64,000 bases of DNA. Source: Azolla caroliniana (Eukaryota > Plantae > Polypodiophyta). Below the pieces are notes generated by a model that was not told the origin of the DNA, made no database searches, and saw nothing but the letters and a program-made list of their open reading frames with translations. Positions 11,991 through 24,126 of the stretch are shown piece after piece. A program made the position numbers and the translations under genes. The stretch lies in contig JBHGNT010000017.1 of NCBI GenBank assembly GCA_043228905.1, forward strand, positions 2,046,001 through 2,110,000, written 5' to 3'. Each line of letters starts with the position of its first letter. The stretch's first letter is position 1.

Positions 11991-14900
11991 CATTTCCATG
12001 AATTTGAATGCAATATTGTTCTTGGTTATGACCTTTACACCATCACAAATGTTAAGATGTATCAACAAATGGTTATAAAATTAATGTATTTGACTATTAC
12101 AGGACCAAGTATCGCATTAGTTGTTGGCATAGTTAGTAAAAACATGCAGGAAACTAAGAAAGCATACTTGAGGGGAGCAAAGAAAAGAATTCTACGATAC
12201 ATTGAAGACACATTGGAATATGGTATTTCGTTTCCAATGATGACTTTTCTCATCATTTCTTTTATGATGCAAATTAGGTTTGAGATAAAGAAACAAGAGT
12301 AAGTACAAGTTGATATTAGTGTTCACTTGGAAGCGGGGTTGTTTCATGGTTATCAAAGATGTAGCTAACAGACACGTTAAGTACTACTAAAGTAGAGTAC
12401 ATAATTGCAACCCGTATTGTACATGGAGCTATATGGTTAGAGATGTTATAAAAATGTTATTGTTGATTATCTATTGTGATTATCATAAGCTCAATCTTGT
12501 TAACGACAAAATTTCATGCTTGCAGTCAAATTACTTAAGTGCAATATCATTTTGTTTGTGAGAAGATTGTTGAATCTGTAGTTGATTTGGACCATGTGAA
12601 GACAAATGATCAAGTTGTTGATATCTTCAGTAAACCATTCCCAAAGAAAATTTCTTTTAAGTTTTGAAACAAGCACATTCTTTATAATATGAAGATGTGC
12701 ATAATAGGAGTTTTAAAGTATATATCAATGTTGGAACCTCAAACCTCCACTAGGGTACGATGATATTTGTTATATTATACGTACAAAGTATCAATATGAT
12801 TGATAAATAGGATGCCGTGTAGCAACCATGGTGATGACCTTCACTTACATATAAAGAGGGCTTACCTAGCCATTTTTAATACATATACATAGATTTTTGG
12901 TTTTTTCCTACATAAACCAGTTACAAATTACAGAATATGTACTTTGTGCATATTTGCAATGGACACATTCTTATCACATATATATGTATATTACTAACAT
13001 TTTACTACTAGAATACTAGTAATAGTTGTATTAAATCATAGATTTGCTGCTTGCTTTGGGTATTGTTTTTTGGAAGGGACATCCCCTTTCTATCAAGCAT
13101 GTACTCTTGAGTCCTATCCTTACACCGGTCAAGACCCATCCTTCAATTATGCTACTTTGAAAAAACAATTAGTAACACTGAATCAAGTATAACCAACTAT
13201 AGACAAATTTGATTGGGGGGAGGGGGGTGATTTATGAGGATATATAGGTAAGTACATATATAAGTTAGGATGGATCTAGCAATGAATGCGAAAGTGAGCC
13301 AAGATATCTAAAATATCCATTTCATTAATGCCAAGGCATCTCCTATTCAAATATTCCAAATTAAAAAGGGTGTTCTGTAGAACACAAGTGCCTCAAAAAG
13401 TCTATGAAAATAACTACTTCATTATGTAAAATTCAACCTCAGTCAAAGTTATCACGTATCAATAATTGTAAGTCAAGAATACATCTTGCGTTATCGTCCA
13501 CTAAATTAATCTCTTTTATATATGACAATGGATTGTGTATATGAGTGATTTATTGGGTATATATGCATGTAACATCACAAATGGTTGTGACAATTGTGTG
13601 TCTATTTGGTTACTTTGAGGTTTGCAACAAATCACACATAGTCTATACATAATTGTACTTCCTTACGCATTGATAATCTTACTTCAAGCTTTTGTGGATG
13701 GTAAATAAATACTCTATGACTAAATCGAACTTTTGTTAATCTATTTCTTATCCATATTTACTAAGGTTTTATCTATGACAAACCCTTCTTGTTTGTTACG
13801 GTTCTCATGAAATGGACAATCACATTCATACTCCATTCGTTTAAATGTTCTAATATGACACGTCACAAACTTTCTTTATGGTTTTTAATTGCATGACATT
13901 GAGATTTCCAATCCGTAATCTTATACATTCCTAAAATATGTGGTTGATAGTTGTGCAATAATGGCAATTTTACGCAAGCACTGTGCATGACCTCAAACGA
14001 AAATATTGAAGAGTTATCATATTGAACACAACCACAAGAATCACTATATTTATGTGTTTATTTCCTTAAAACTTTAGAACTTCCTCATGATAACCTTGTG
14101 AATATATAAGAAATAATTAGCGGTCATTTGTCTAAAGTAAGGTTTTTCTCGTGATAGAAAGTCCAATATTTCACATTGTGCTTTAGAATGCAATGGCTTC
14201 TTTTTCTCATTTCTAGTTGTTGTGGTCATGATGTACATTTTTTGAACAAGGTAACAAACCTTTCTTATTGTTTCTCTTTACATACCTTTGTCACTTAGTA
14301 GTAGTTGTTTGATTCTCTCTATGTCCGATTGCATGCCACCGCAATCTCTTGGATAATTGTGTTAAAGCTACACCCCAACATCCAAATGCTCATTAGAACA
14401 TATCCTACTTGTACAAGTTTTATTTATGCTAATTAAGTTGTAAACTCAACAAAACTTGGAAGCTTGTTTCATCATCTAGCCTAGCCATAAACTCCACAAA
14501 CTATTGCATCTCATATACACTATAAAGGTAGTATTGATAAATTCCAATTTTGTTAACATTTGTTTTTTATATCAAGCTTATCGGTGTCAATCAATAAGGA
14601 AACAATTGACCTATCGAGTAGAAGATGTGAAATGTTGACAGTTTTGAGTAGAGAGAGACAGAGAGAAGAGAATGTCATCAAGTTTTAAGTTGGATCAAAT
14701 CTTTATGTTGGTACAAAGCTTGTCATGATTATTCAAATTTCACCTTGTCAAATCACATGGTAAGAGTGCATGAATGGAAAAACCTTGAATAGAGTGTGTC
14801 AATTGATCAATACTTTGTTTACACACATATTTAATCACAAAAAATTGGAGCTATTGTCTCTTACTTCCACCATCAGAGCCCTTAAGTGATTATAGTATGG

Positions 14901-16334
14901 AGCTTGACTGAGAGGTCAAATTGTCACGAATGTTCTCAAGGAACATCCTTCATTGTAATTTCAATTAGTTTCATTCCATAATAAATTATGCCAATTGATC
15001 TAACATGTATACTAATCTAGAGTAGATTAATCTATTAGTGTATGTATATCCTTAGGACCTTAGGGCGTTTTGCTTAATACTAATGTAGTATAATTTTTTG
15101 GAAAAAATCAAAAAAATTATTGATGGCAAAAAAGTCATTTGATCTCATGGTTGTCTAGAATTTATCGGTTGGGCCTCACTCTCACAACTAAAGTTGCACA
15201 CATCGTGCTTCCCAGATGACAATGTCTTGTTTCCATTGGATTTTTAATCAAGGAAAGTCTTAAAAAGTGTAATTGAGATCATATGTATGAAGTATGGTAT
15301 TATGATTGAGCAATCATAAGGCACTCAATGGTTTCTTACTTTTGCTCCAAAAAGTGATGCAAATTTTCCTCGGAGTGTGTGGTTACAAGAACAAAATTTA
15401 CTACTAAGGTATTGTGAAAAGTGAAGCGAAAAAAACAAGGGAAGGAGCCTACCAATATATGTGGGTTTCATTCATTCATCATGTCTTGTGTTCCTCCTTG
15501 TGCTCCAACAATAATAAGCAATACTTAGGATAGGTAGCTCTTCTCTTTGTTTTTTGTTTTTTTATCTCTCTTGTGGAATGGAATGAAAGGAGGTAATTAC
15601 GTGCCTACGGCCTCCTCTCTCTCTCTCTCTCTCTCTTCTTCACTCTACTCCCACCTTTACTTTTAACACACAAAAAGCAAGGAACTCAAAACTAAATACA
15701 TTCTTCTTGAGCCACCCCCATAAGTTTTATTACAAAAAAGGGATAAAAAGCCATTTGACTTGCCACCTCCAAGTCTCCCTACCACACTCCAGAGAGATTC
15801 ATTCCCATCAATTTGATCGGTTAAGTGTCACGATCGATCGAAGCACTCCGAAAGATGGGAGGGGGTGTCGTACGAGTAAAACACAACATCGGCAGTGTTT
15901 ATGCACCGACTTGGGAGACAAGGACTGTTCGGCGGTAACTACTACGACTATTACAACTAGTATTACTAATACTATCTAGGGCAATGAAAAAACTAATACA
16001 AACATATAATTCTCTGGTGGGACGGGATTCGTGGTGGGTTCCGGGCCCACTATTGTAGGTTGGTTGGTTCAAGGAGAGACAAAGAGCGCATATGGGTGTG
16101 TGTGTGTGTGTGTATGGATGGACGGCCGGACATTATGGGAAAGAAAATTTAACGTCTCTGCCCTGCCTGGGATGATGGTCTTTTATGTATTTAAACAACA
16201 GTAAACAAGATCACGTCTCCCACTCCACCTCCGCCTCCTCCCTCGTTTCACCACTACAGCTCCTGCCGTTCTGCTTCTCCTTATTTTCACCTAGCTGCTG
16301 AGCTCCTCCCCCATCCCACCACCCCATCATCATC

Positions 16335-17879
16335 ATGCCTCCAAATTACGCCGATCCGGTCGACGTCCCCTACTTCTTCTCACAGCTGCCGCACCCACGC
16401 CATGACCATCATGACCAGGACCATGAGCACCATGACCATGACCATGACCATGACCATGACTATGACCGCGTCCTACTGGAGGGCGCCTTGTTTCGCCGCT
16501 CCGACCCTTTCCCTTACCTTTTCCTTGTGGCCATGGAGGCCGGCAGCATGCCACGTGCATTGCTCCTCCTCCTCCTCCTCCCCATTTCCTGGCTCCTCGC
16601 TCAATCTGGCCACCGCGCTTCCGCCTTCAACCTCCTCCTCTTCGTCGCCGTCTCCGGCCTCCGCCTCAAGGACGTGGAGGCCGTGGCCAGGGCCGTCCTC
16701 CCCCGCTTCCTGTCCGAGGACGTCTCCGCCACCGCTTGGAAGAAGCTCTGCACCTCGCAATCCCACGGATGGGCGGCGCTCGGGCCGCGTCGGAGTCGGC
16801 GTCGGCGGCTCTGCGTGGTCACGGAATGGCCGCGTGCCTTCGTGGAGCCATTCGCTCGCTACCAGCTGGGCGCGGAGCAGGTCGTGGGAAGCGAGCTCAT
16901 GGTGGCTCCCCGCACTGGCCGCTGCATTGGTTTCGTCAGCTCCCCCCCAACTCCTCCTCCTGGCCACAAGCTGGCGCATGTTTCTCCTGACCCGAAGCTG
17001 GCCCATGTCCCAGAGGAAGAAGGGTTGGCGGACCTGGCGAACCCAGTGGTGTTCCACGACGGCCGGCTTGCGCAACGGCCTACGCCGCTGCTCGCGCTGC
17101 TCATCTTCCTCTGGATGCCCGTGGGGATACTGCTGGCGCTCTTCCGCCTCCTCATATGTGGCCACTTCGTGCCATTCCGTTGGTGGCTACCGGCGGTGAG
17201 GCTGTCGGGGATCAACATCATCGTGAAAGGGAAGATGCCAGAGGAGGAGGAGGAGCAGGGCGGCGGGCGGCTTATTGTGTGCAACCACCGGACGCTGGCG
17301 GATCCCATCATGATATCGGTGGCACTGGGGCGTCCCGTCACGGCCGTGACGTACAGCCTGAGCCGAGTGTCGGAGATGGTGGCGCCCATCACGACGGTTC
17401 GGTTGGACCGGAACGCCGCGGCGGATCTGAAGAAGCTGAGACATTTAGTGGAGGAGGAGGGGAGGACGGTGGTGGTTTGCCCCGAGGGGACTACGGGCCG
17501 CGAGCCCCTCCTCCTCCGGTTCAGCGCGCTCTTCGCCGAGGTGACCGACCGAATCCTCCCGGTCGCCATCAACACCAAGGTCTCCCTCTTCCACGGCACC
17601 ACAGTCCGCGGATTCAAGGCCCTCGATTCCTTCTTCTTCCTCATGAACCCCTCCCCGACGTACGAGATCCATTTCCTGGAGCCGCTCCCCCGCCACGCTA
17701 CGTGCGGTTCTGGGGGCGTGTCCCGGGTCGATGTGGCCAACCACGTGCAGCGGCTCATCGCATCCTCTCTTGGCTTCCGGTGCTCCTCGTTCACGCGCCG
17801 GGACAAGTACCGCTTCCTCGTCGGGAGTGACGGCTCCGTCACCCCGTCCTTGCAACCCTTCTCTTCCGTCCGCAGTTAA
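16335..17879 (+). CDS. GPAT: sn-2 glycerol-3-phosphate acyltransferase (land-plant GPAT1-8 family, cutin/suberin type), intronless, 514 aa
   Basis: Acyltransferase motifs CNHRTLADP (HxxxxD), AVTYSLSRVSE, CPEGTT.REP.LLRFSALFAE, FFFLMNP and VANHVQR. The N-terminal FPY.FLVA.EAG and PVVFHDGRL.QRPTP blocks are typical of this family. Confidence 0.95.
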   Translation: MPPNYADPVDVPYFFSQLPHPRHDHHDQDHEHHDHDHDHDHDYDRVLLEGALFRRSDPFPYLFLVAMEAGSMPRALLLLLLLPISWLLAQSGHRASAFNLLLFVAVSGLRLKDVEAVARAVLPRFLSEDVSATAWKKLCTSQSHGWAALGPRRSRRRRLCVVTEWPRAFVEPFARYQLGAEQVVGSELMVAPRTGRCIGFVSSPPTPPPGHKLAHVSPDPKLAHVPEEEGLADLANPVVFHDGRLAQRPTPLLALLIFLWMPVGILLALFRLLICGHFVPFRWWLPAVRLSGINIIVKGKMPEEEEEQGGGRLIVCNHRTLADPIMISVALGRPVTAVTYSLSRVSEMVAPITTVRLDRNAAADLKKLRHLVEEEGRTVVVCPEGTTGREPLLLRFSALFAEVTDRILPVAINTKVSLFHGTTVRGFKALDSFFFLMNPSPTYEIHFLEPLPRHATCGSGGVSRVDVANHVQRLIASSLGFRCSSFTRRDKYRFLVGSDGSVTPSLQPFSSVRS

Positions 17880-19135
17880 GAGGATCACCACAACCCACAG
17901 GATATATAAATGCCGGATCAACACTCTGATCTTATTCCCCTTGCCTATAAATGTCTACATTGCATCCCTTTGTTTTTTTTCCTGGTAAAATCATATGATA
18001 TAAGTACCAGCTATAATAGTAGAACATACACATAAATGTATGCATTCTCTTGATGAATTTGGAGAAAGGCTAGACTAAGTAGTAAAAGTAGGTAATTTAG
18101 CCTTCTTAAGGGACATTGGTTAATTACTGATGACGTCCACTAGGAACATTTAACTATGCCCAATTATGGTATGCATTCTTAAATTCTTTCTAAGTACAAC
18201 ATAAATGCTGCTTACTCTTCTTCCAGCTTTGAGTATGAATAAGAGGAATGCATATCATGCAATCAGCTGGAAACACTAGTATATACTATATACTGCATTT
18301 GTATTTTACTTTTATTTTTGGGTGTTGCTTATTCGAGATTGGTGCTCCGCTTTTAATGAAGGTATTGAATCCATGCTTTTGATCTTCCCTGGTCTGAAAT
18401 GTTCATTAAACAATCTGATTGCACCTATTGCAAACTGTGATCTATAATTAATACCAAAAACCATAAGGTTTAGACACTACTCATGCATGCACTAGTCACT
18501 CTATATATTTTATCTATGACTATTATTATTATTATTATTATTATTATAGAGACGCCTATGAACTCTTCACATTCCCTTCAAGAGTCCAGTGACGAGTCCC
18601 CAATGTGACAAGACAACGTATTTTAAGTGAAACAAACATGGCTGGTCCGTTTCTTGCGGTGTTAAATGGGCAGTCCCTAAAACAAACTAGTTCTCATGTC
18701 CTTTGATTACTTCTTTTGGAATAAACTTTAAACAGAAAAAAAGTTTTCTTTCTTTCTTTCTTTAAACATCATCCTCCATTCTGGTGGATCATTCTATGAT
18801 AGACTTGTAATGCTCTCAAGGGTTTGTTTCCTCTTCGCTTTTAGGGATGGTATTCAAAGGATCATCTCCTGCGATTTTTTTATGTTTGAAGTTGATATGA
18901 AGAGTAAAAATAAATGTTTCATGAAACCATTTTAAGACTATATTTAGTTAATGTTTTATGTCTTTCTTGACAAGGCCATATGGAAAATTACTTGCTCCAT
19001 ATTGTTCTATTGGCATCCCCCAACATCTCTGCTTGCCTCTTGAGTCACTTGTCTATTTGTGCATGCTTATACTTATATAGCTTTGATTCCAAGCTTTGTC
19101 AATGTTTTACGACAACGATCAATATACTAAGCCAT

Positions 19136-19319
19136 ATTACAACAACTCGAGAGATGCAAGTAAGAGGTCAATATATTCCCTTTGAGCATAAACTTTAAAC
19201 ACTTATAAATATTCAAAATGTGTATGTATTACGACAACTCAAGAGATGCAAGTAAGAGGTCAATATATTCCCTTTGAGCATAAACTTTAAACACTTATAA
19301 ATATTCAAAATGTGTATGT
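19136..19319. repeat. Two-copy direct repeat, about 92 bp
   Basis: attac.acaactc.agagatgcaagtaagagg...aatgtgtatgt occurs twice in tandem. Confidence 0.9.
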
Positions 19320-19878
19320 AATTCTTTCTTTCTTTAATTTTAGCTCAAATTCTTGTTGGTGCGAATAAGAATCAACTACCCTTGAAGAGCGTAATGCCAA
19401 CAATGTAGCTATGAGGTACTTGTTAGGTAAAGCAACCTAATGCATTATAGGAAATCGCTCCTCATGTCTACATTACCCGAACTCCCTTCCTCTCCTTTGT
19501 GCCCTTGAACAATACAGAAAAAGTGATTGGCAATACTGATTGCCATTATAAGAGCTGACCTGGATACTTATCTGGGCTCTCCATAACTCCTAAATCCATT
19601 TTGAGATTGATGTGATGATGGAGGGATATGAATAAATTTTATTCTTTGCTTTTGATTTGAAATAGAGAGAAAAAGATTTGATATCGCTATTCTTTTTCAC
19701 AATTACACTTTCCATCTTGGCAAATGTGGATGTTTTTTACCTGAATCATCCATTTTTTCCTGAATATATGACATCAAAGACATGGCTAAAGAATAGTAAC
19801 ACAGAAAGGCATACCTTCACCAGTAATAAAAGCACACCTGACAACCACCTCAGCATATATTATACTCTTTTCCCCCGT

Positions 19879-20279
19879 GAAAAACACGTGCACTTTTCAG
19901 TTGCAATGTAAACTCCTTGATTTTAGGTTTTCCAATGACCACCAATATTCATCCTCAAAGCATTGATTTTATCAACTTCTCCTTGCATCCCAGCATCTGC
20001 ATATATATCGTGGAAAACCAATGCACTTTTCACTTTTATCAGTTAACTCCTTGATTTAGGGCATTCCAATGTTGACCAGTATTCATCCTCAAAGCATTGA
20101 TTTTATCAAACTCTCTTTGCATCCCAGCATCTGCATATATGTTGTGAAAGACATGCACTTTTTCACTTCCAACAATCAACTCCTCGATTTAGGGTGTTCC
20201 AATGACCATCAGTATTTATCCTCAAAGCATTGATTTTATCAACTTCTCCTTGCATCCCAGCATCTGCATATATATCTCG
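19879..20279 (-). repeat. Three tandem copies (about 133 bp) of the PPR gene's final coding segment
   Basis: catcctcaaagcattgattttatcaa...gcatcccagcatctgcatatat occurs three times. The copy nearest 20279 is the PPR C-terminus. Confidence 0.9.
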
Positions 20280-22205
20280 CATGCAGATATATGCTGCAGC
20301 ATTGTCTACTTCCAAATGAATTGACTGCTCAAAAACCCATTGTCCAAGCTCCACCTTCCTCCATTTCCGGCATGCACCTAACAGAACCGACCATAATCGA
20401 AAACGGTATTCAGGTTGCACCTTTTCAACCACACTTATTGCCTTCTCAAAGTGACCTGCTCGGCTGAAAAGATCAACCATGCAGCTGTAGTGCTCTAAGT
20501 CTGGGGTGAGGCTATAAATAGTGCTCATTGCGTCAAAATACATCTGCCCATCCTCAACTAAACCTGCATGATTGCATGCTGACAACATAACAACAAATAT
20601 AATCCGATCTGGCACAATACCATCTGCAACCATTTGGCCAAATAAGGCATACACTTTTTCTACTTCACCAAGCTGAGCATACCCTGCGATCAGTACTGTC
20701 CATATGTTCACATCCCTTTCAGGAAGCTCGTTAAAAACTTCATCTGCCCTCCCCAGCATCCCACACTTGGAATACATGTCAATTAATGCATGTCCAAGCA
20801 TGATATCTTTTCCTAATAGGCCCAGTTTTCTTACTTCGGCAAATATATCTTCACCTTTCTCAGCTGACCCCATGTTTGCACAAGCTTTCAAAGCACAAGC
20901 GAAGGTAGCTGCATCTGCAGGAACATCTTTCTCCAGCATCCTTCCAAAGCAGTTCAGTGCTTCCTCATTAAGTCCCTGCTGGACATACCCTGCAATCATA
21001 GATGTCCAAGTCACAACATCTGGAGCTGGAATCTTATCAAATACTTCTTGTGCTTTTCCAAGCATACAATTTCTCACATACATGTGGACCAATGCATTAC
21101 CAAGAGCAGTATCTTTCGGAAACAAACCCAGCCTCACAACTTCGGCATGAATTTCTTCACCCTTCACTCCACTACCACAAGCTTTCAAAACACACGAAAA
21201 GGTAAATGCATCTGGAATATGACCCTCATCTCTCATTTCTTCAAGTAAATCTACTGCTTTATTGCCTTCTGCATGCTCTGCATACCCTGAAATTAATGCA
21301 GTCCATGAGACAGCATCCTTTACAATAAGGGAATCAAAGACTTCTTGTGCTCGAAAAAGAAACCCACATTTGGCATACATGTCCACCAATGCGGTGGCAA
21401 GTTTGATATTTTTCCTCACTAAGCCTTGTTTCAGGACCTCAGCATGTATCTCTTCTCCCATATTAGCCGATTTTGTAATGCTACAAGCTTTCAGTAAGCA
21501 AGTAAAAGTAACTGCATTGGGTGAAATTCCCTCATCCCTCATCTGCATTAAACAATCCAAAGCTTTGTCAGCAAGCCCATGCTGGACATAGCCAGAGATC
21601 AATGCAGTCCAAGAGACAACATCTCGTATTGAAATGTCATCAAACACCTCTTGTGCTTTTCCAAGATCCCCACATTTTGCATACATATCCACAAGCGAGG
21701 TTGCAAGCATAACATTTTTTGCTAGAAACACTCCTTTGCTGACTTCAGCATGTATCTCTACCCCTTTTCTTGTTGATCTCATGCTCCCACAAGCTTTCAC
21801 GATGGAAGCAAATGTGACAACATCTGGAGAGATACCCTCATCTTGCATCCTTTCAAAGCAATTCAATGCTTCATTACCAAGTCCGTGTTGGACATATCCA
21901 CCAATCAATGCATTCCAGGAAACAACAGTCCTCAAAGGAATCTCATCAAGCACTCGCCGTGCTTTTGCAAATGCGCCACATTTGGCGTACATACTCACAA
22001 CAGCAGTATTCAAATACAAATCCTCCCGAAACAATCCTCTTTGGATGATATTTTCATGTATTCTGCTGCCTTCTTGAATGTTCTTATGTTTTCCACATAG
22101 CTTCAGAAACTCCAGAAGAGAAGCCTGACCTCGATTTGATCCGAAAACAAGATTTGGACAATTCCCATTCCTTCCATCCTGCATGTATGTTATTTGGGAA
22201 TCCAT
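20163..22205 (-). CDS. PLS-class pentatricopeptide repeat protein with E-type extension and no DYW domain
   Basis: Repeated P-L-S triplets (VVSWNALI.GY / LKAC...G..IH / ALVDMYAKCG). The C-terminus reads HYSCMVDLFSRAG...WSVLLGAC...AAAYICM.DIYA. The first in-frame ATG is at 22205 (the ORF track starts at a TTG), so the 5' structure is uncertain. Confidence 0.92.
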   Translation of the reverse strand: MDSQITYMQDGRNGNCPNLVFGSNRGQASLLEFLKLCGKHKNIQEGSRIHENIIQRGLFREDLYLNTAVVSMYAKCGAFAKARRVLDEIPLRTVVSWNALIGGYVQHGLGNEALNCFERMQDEGISPDVVTFASIVKACGSMRSTRKGVEIHAEVSKGVFLAKNVMLATSLVDMYAKCGDLGKAQEVFDDISIRDVVSWTALISGYVQHGLADKALDCLMQMRDEGISPNAVTFTCLLKACSITKSANMGEEIHAEVLKQGLVRKNIKLATALVDMYAKCGFLFRAQEVFDSLIVKDAVSWTALISGYAEHAEGNKAVDLLEEMRDEGHIPDAFTFSCVLKACGSGVKGEEIHAEVVRLGLFPKDTALGNALVHMYVRNCMLGKAQEVFDKIPAPDVVTWTSMIAGYVQQGLNEEALNCFGRMLEKDVPADAATFACALKACANMGSAEKGEDIFAEVRKLGLLGKDIMLGHALIDMYSKCGMLGRADEVFNELPERDVNIWTVLIAGYAQLGEVEKVYALFGQMVADGIVPDRIIFVVMLSACNHAGLVEDGQMYFDAMSTIYSLTPDLEHYSCMVDLFSRAGHFEKAISVVEKVQPEYRFRLWSVLLGACRKWRKVELGQWVFEQSIHLEVDNAAAYICMRDIYADAGMQGEVDKINALRINTDGHWNTLNRGVDCWK

Positions 22206-23920
22206 ACACAATTTGTGTCTGTGATGGATAAAAATGCGGTGCTCTGCCTTTCATCTAGCTGTGGTAGCTGTATGAAAGTGAAAACTCATAACATATGCTC
22301 ACCTTGCTGTTCTGAGGATAATTATTGTGGAGCAGGAGATGGGAAGTCTGCTTCGATGATAAGCAATCCATGTCTCTGGGCTTGGAACAAGGGTAATTCA
22401 GCTAACCCTATTAGGACCAGCGAAAAAGTACAGGAACTCGATCATTACTGGCAGAGGTTGGGAGATCGAATCCTGCCCTCTTACAACATAAAAGGATAAC
22501 CTGTTGATGGAAAAAATACTCTAAAAACATGACATTATGTGCACGCCACGATGTTATGCATTCGGGGGAAGTGTATAGGTTGCAAATTACATATTTTGCT
22601 GGTTGGGCGTATAAGTTTCTCCTATCAAAGGATTTTAAGTTCTATAGTTCCAGCCTATTTTTGTGACATTATCCATACATTCAAATTTGTTTCACATGCT
22701 TAGTGTGTGAATGCCAATAATATATCAAATGCAAGATAAATGTTGTTGACAAAAAAAGAGAACACTCACATAAATCGCGTTACTTTCAACTCCTGCATAA
22801 TATGAGACATATTGTTGGTATGTATCAGAGTGGTTCTTCATAATAGTAGTTGTAAAATAAAGTCCAAAATTCAAACATGTAATTGGCATGTGCTTGAGTA
22901 GAATAGATCTGCATAAGATGAAACAATTTTTTTACTAGGAGTGAAACTGTTAGTATGAAAATAGCATTACAATCATTATGATTACATGGACCAATTGCGG
23001 TATAGAAATAAAAAGATAATTTTCTGTAAGTTTGACATATACCATGGATATTCATCCAACCATAACCCACAATTGAGAATTTGTGCTTCAAAGTATGAAT
23101 TTCCCATCTTCATAAGGGGACACACATCACAAGAACCTGTGTACATAAGTCCCATGGGTCATTATTGGCCTTTTTATGGATGCCAAAAAATATTTAATCT
23201 AATCACTAAGGTCATGCTTACTATCCCAATGCCTCAATATATGGACATAAACATCGTGATCATTTATTTGTATTGTTGTGATCGAGACTCAATATCAAAT
23301 GATGCAATCTTGCATTGCTTTACAAACCAATTGATTAAAACCATACCCCATAAAATACTTGTGCCACTAATCATCTTGTTTAATGTGTGTAAACATGTGC
23401 TAAATAAGATATCCTCACATATAACTCATGCAACCAAATGATCAATTATCAAATTTCCTGTTCATAATATGTTATCACAAACATCCAATATTTGTAAAGA
23501 AATGTGTCAATACAATTACAAAACATTCATTAGGCTAGTATGTGGAACAACTTTCCTCCATGGCAAAACCTTCAACACTTTTATATAATTGAAATTATTG
23601 TCAAAAATTGTCAACAATATCTAATTCTATATCTGTGTTAAATTCGGCACCTGTAAAATTTCTAGGAAAGTCAATATTTCTAACAGCCAATGGAAATTGG
23701 AAAAGTGCTAAAAGTATGGGGACTTATTGGTGTATTGATACTCATGCACAATAGTTTTATAGCAACTATACTTTTTGCCATTGTTTTTATAATTGTTTCT
23801 AGTTGCTTAAAAATTGTAGCCCATAAGACTTTTGTTTTATTAAATACATGAACCAAAATCAATATGCCACCACAATGCACCTTATGAGATACATAAACAA
23901 GAATCAATAGGCTTCCATAT

Positions 23921-24126
23921 TGTGGTGTGCATGTGTTCCTTTGTGCCACCCCTTTTAGCACACCCTTTTTAGGATGCATTTACCTTAGCCACCTAAGCCG
24001 GCCCACCCTTTTAGCACACCCTTTTTAGCTAAGCCAACCCAAATGGGTACCTTTGTATCAACTATAAATTGAGTAAGAAGTAAGAAGCTAAGTATGTTGG
24101 TTTTGATCTTTTATGTGCATTTCACA
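23921..24126 (+). mobile_element. Solo LTR of the 2188-3274 family
   Basis: Near-identical reverse complement of LTR 3079-3274, with TG...CA ends and ATAT on both sides. Confidence 0.92.

Larger units (their letters stand above)
1120..12912 (+). mobile_element. Decayed Ty1/Copia LTR retrotransposon, interrupted by nested insertions
   Basis: The partial 5' LTR ends ttttttcctaca (1222) and is followed by the PBS-like cggtatcaaagcc (tRNA-iMet type). Gag lies at about 1330-1520 and 7040-7720 (KDAQA...SRKLQLKE). Protease motifs are WYLDS (about 7769) and DVWYV..SFGQL (about 9669). Then come WHKRLGH (about 9881), integrase (9970-10560), RT (AKGYSQKYG..EETFAP at about 11100; YQQMV..LMYL at 12057) and RNase H (QYHFV...DQVVDIFSKP, about 12540-12640). 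The 3' LTR at about 12711-12912 also ends ttttttcctaca. Confidence 0.8.

Noticed and set aside
13300-14900. Possible decayed DNA-transposase sequence (also about 22830-23900 and 58660-59900)
   Set aside because: No motif could be assigned with confidence by eye. A frameshift-aware search is needed.
16402-17924. Long alternative-frame and antisense ORFs over the GPAT gene
   Set aside because: By-product of very high GC3, with no recognisable domains.
19879-20279. CRISPR-like array
   Set aside because: The repeats are whole-unit tandem duplications with no unique spacers, there are no cas genes, and the context is eukaryotic.
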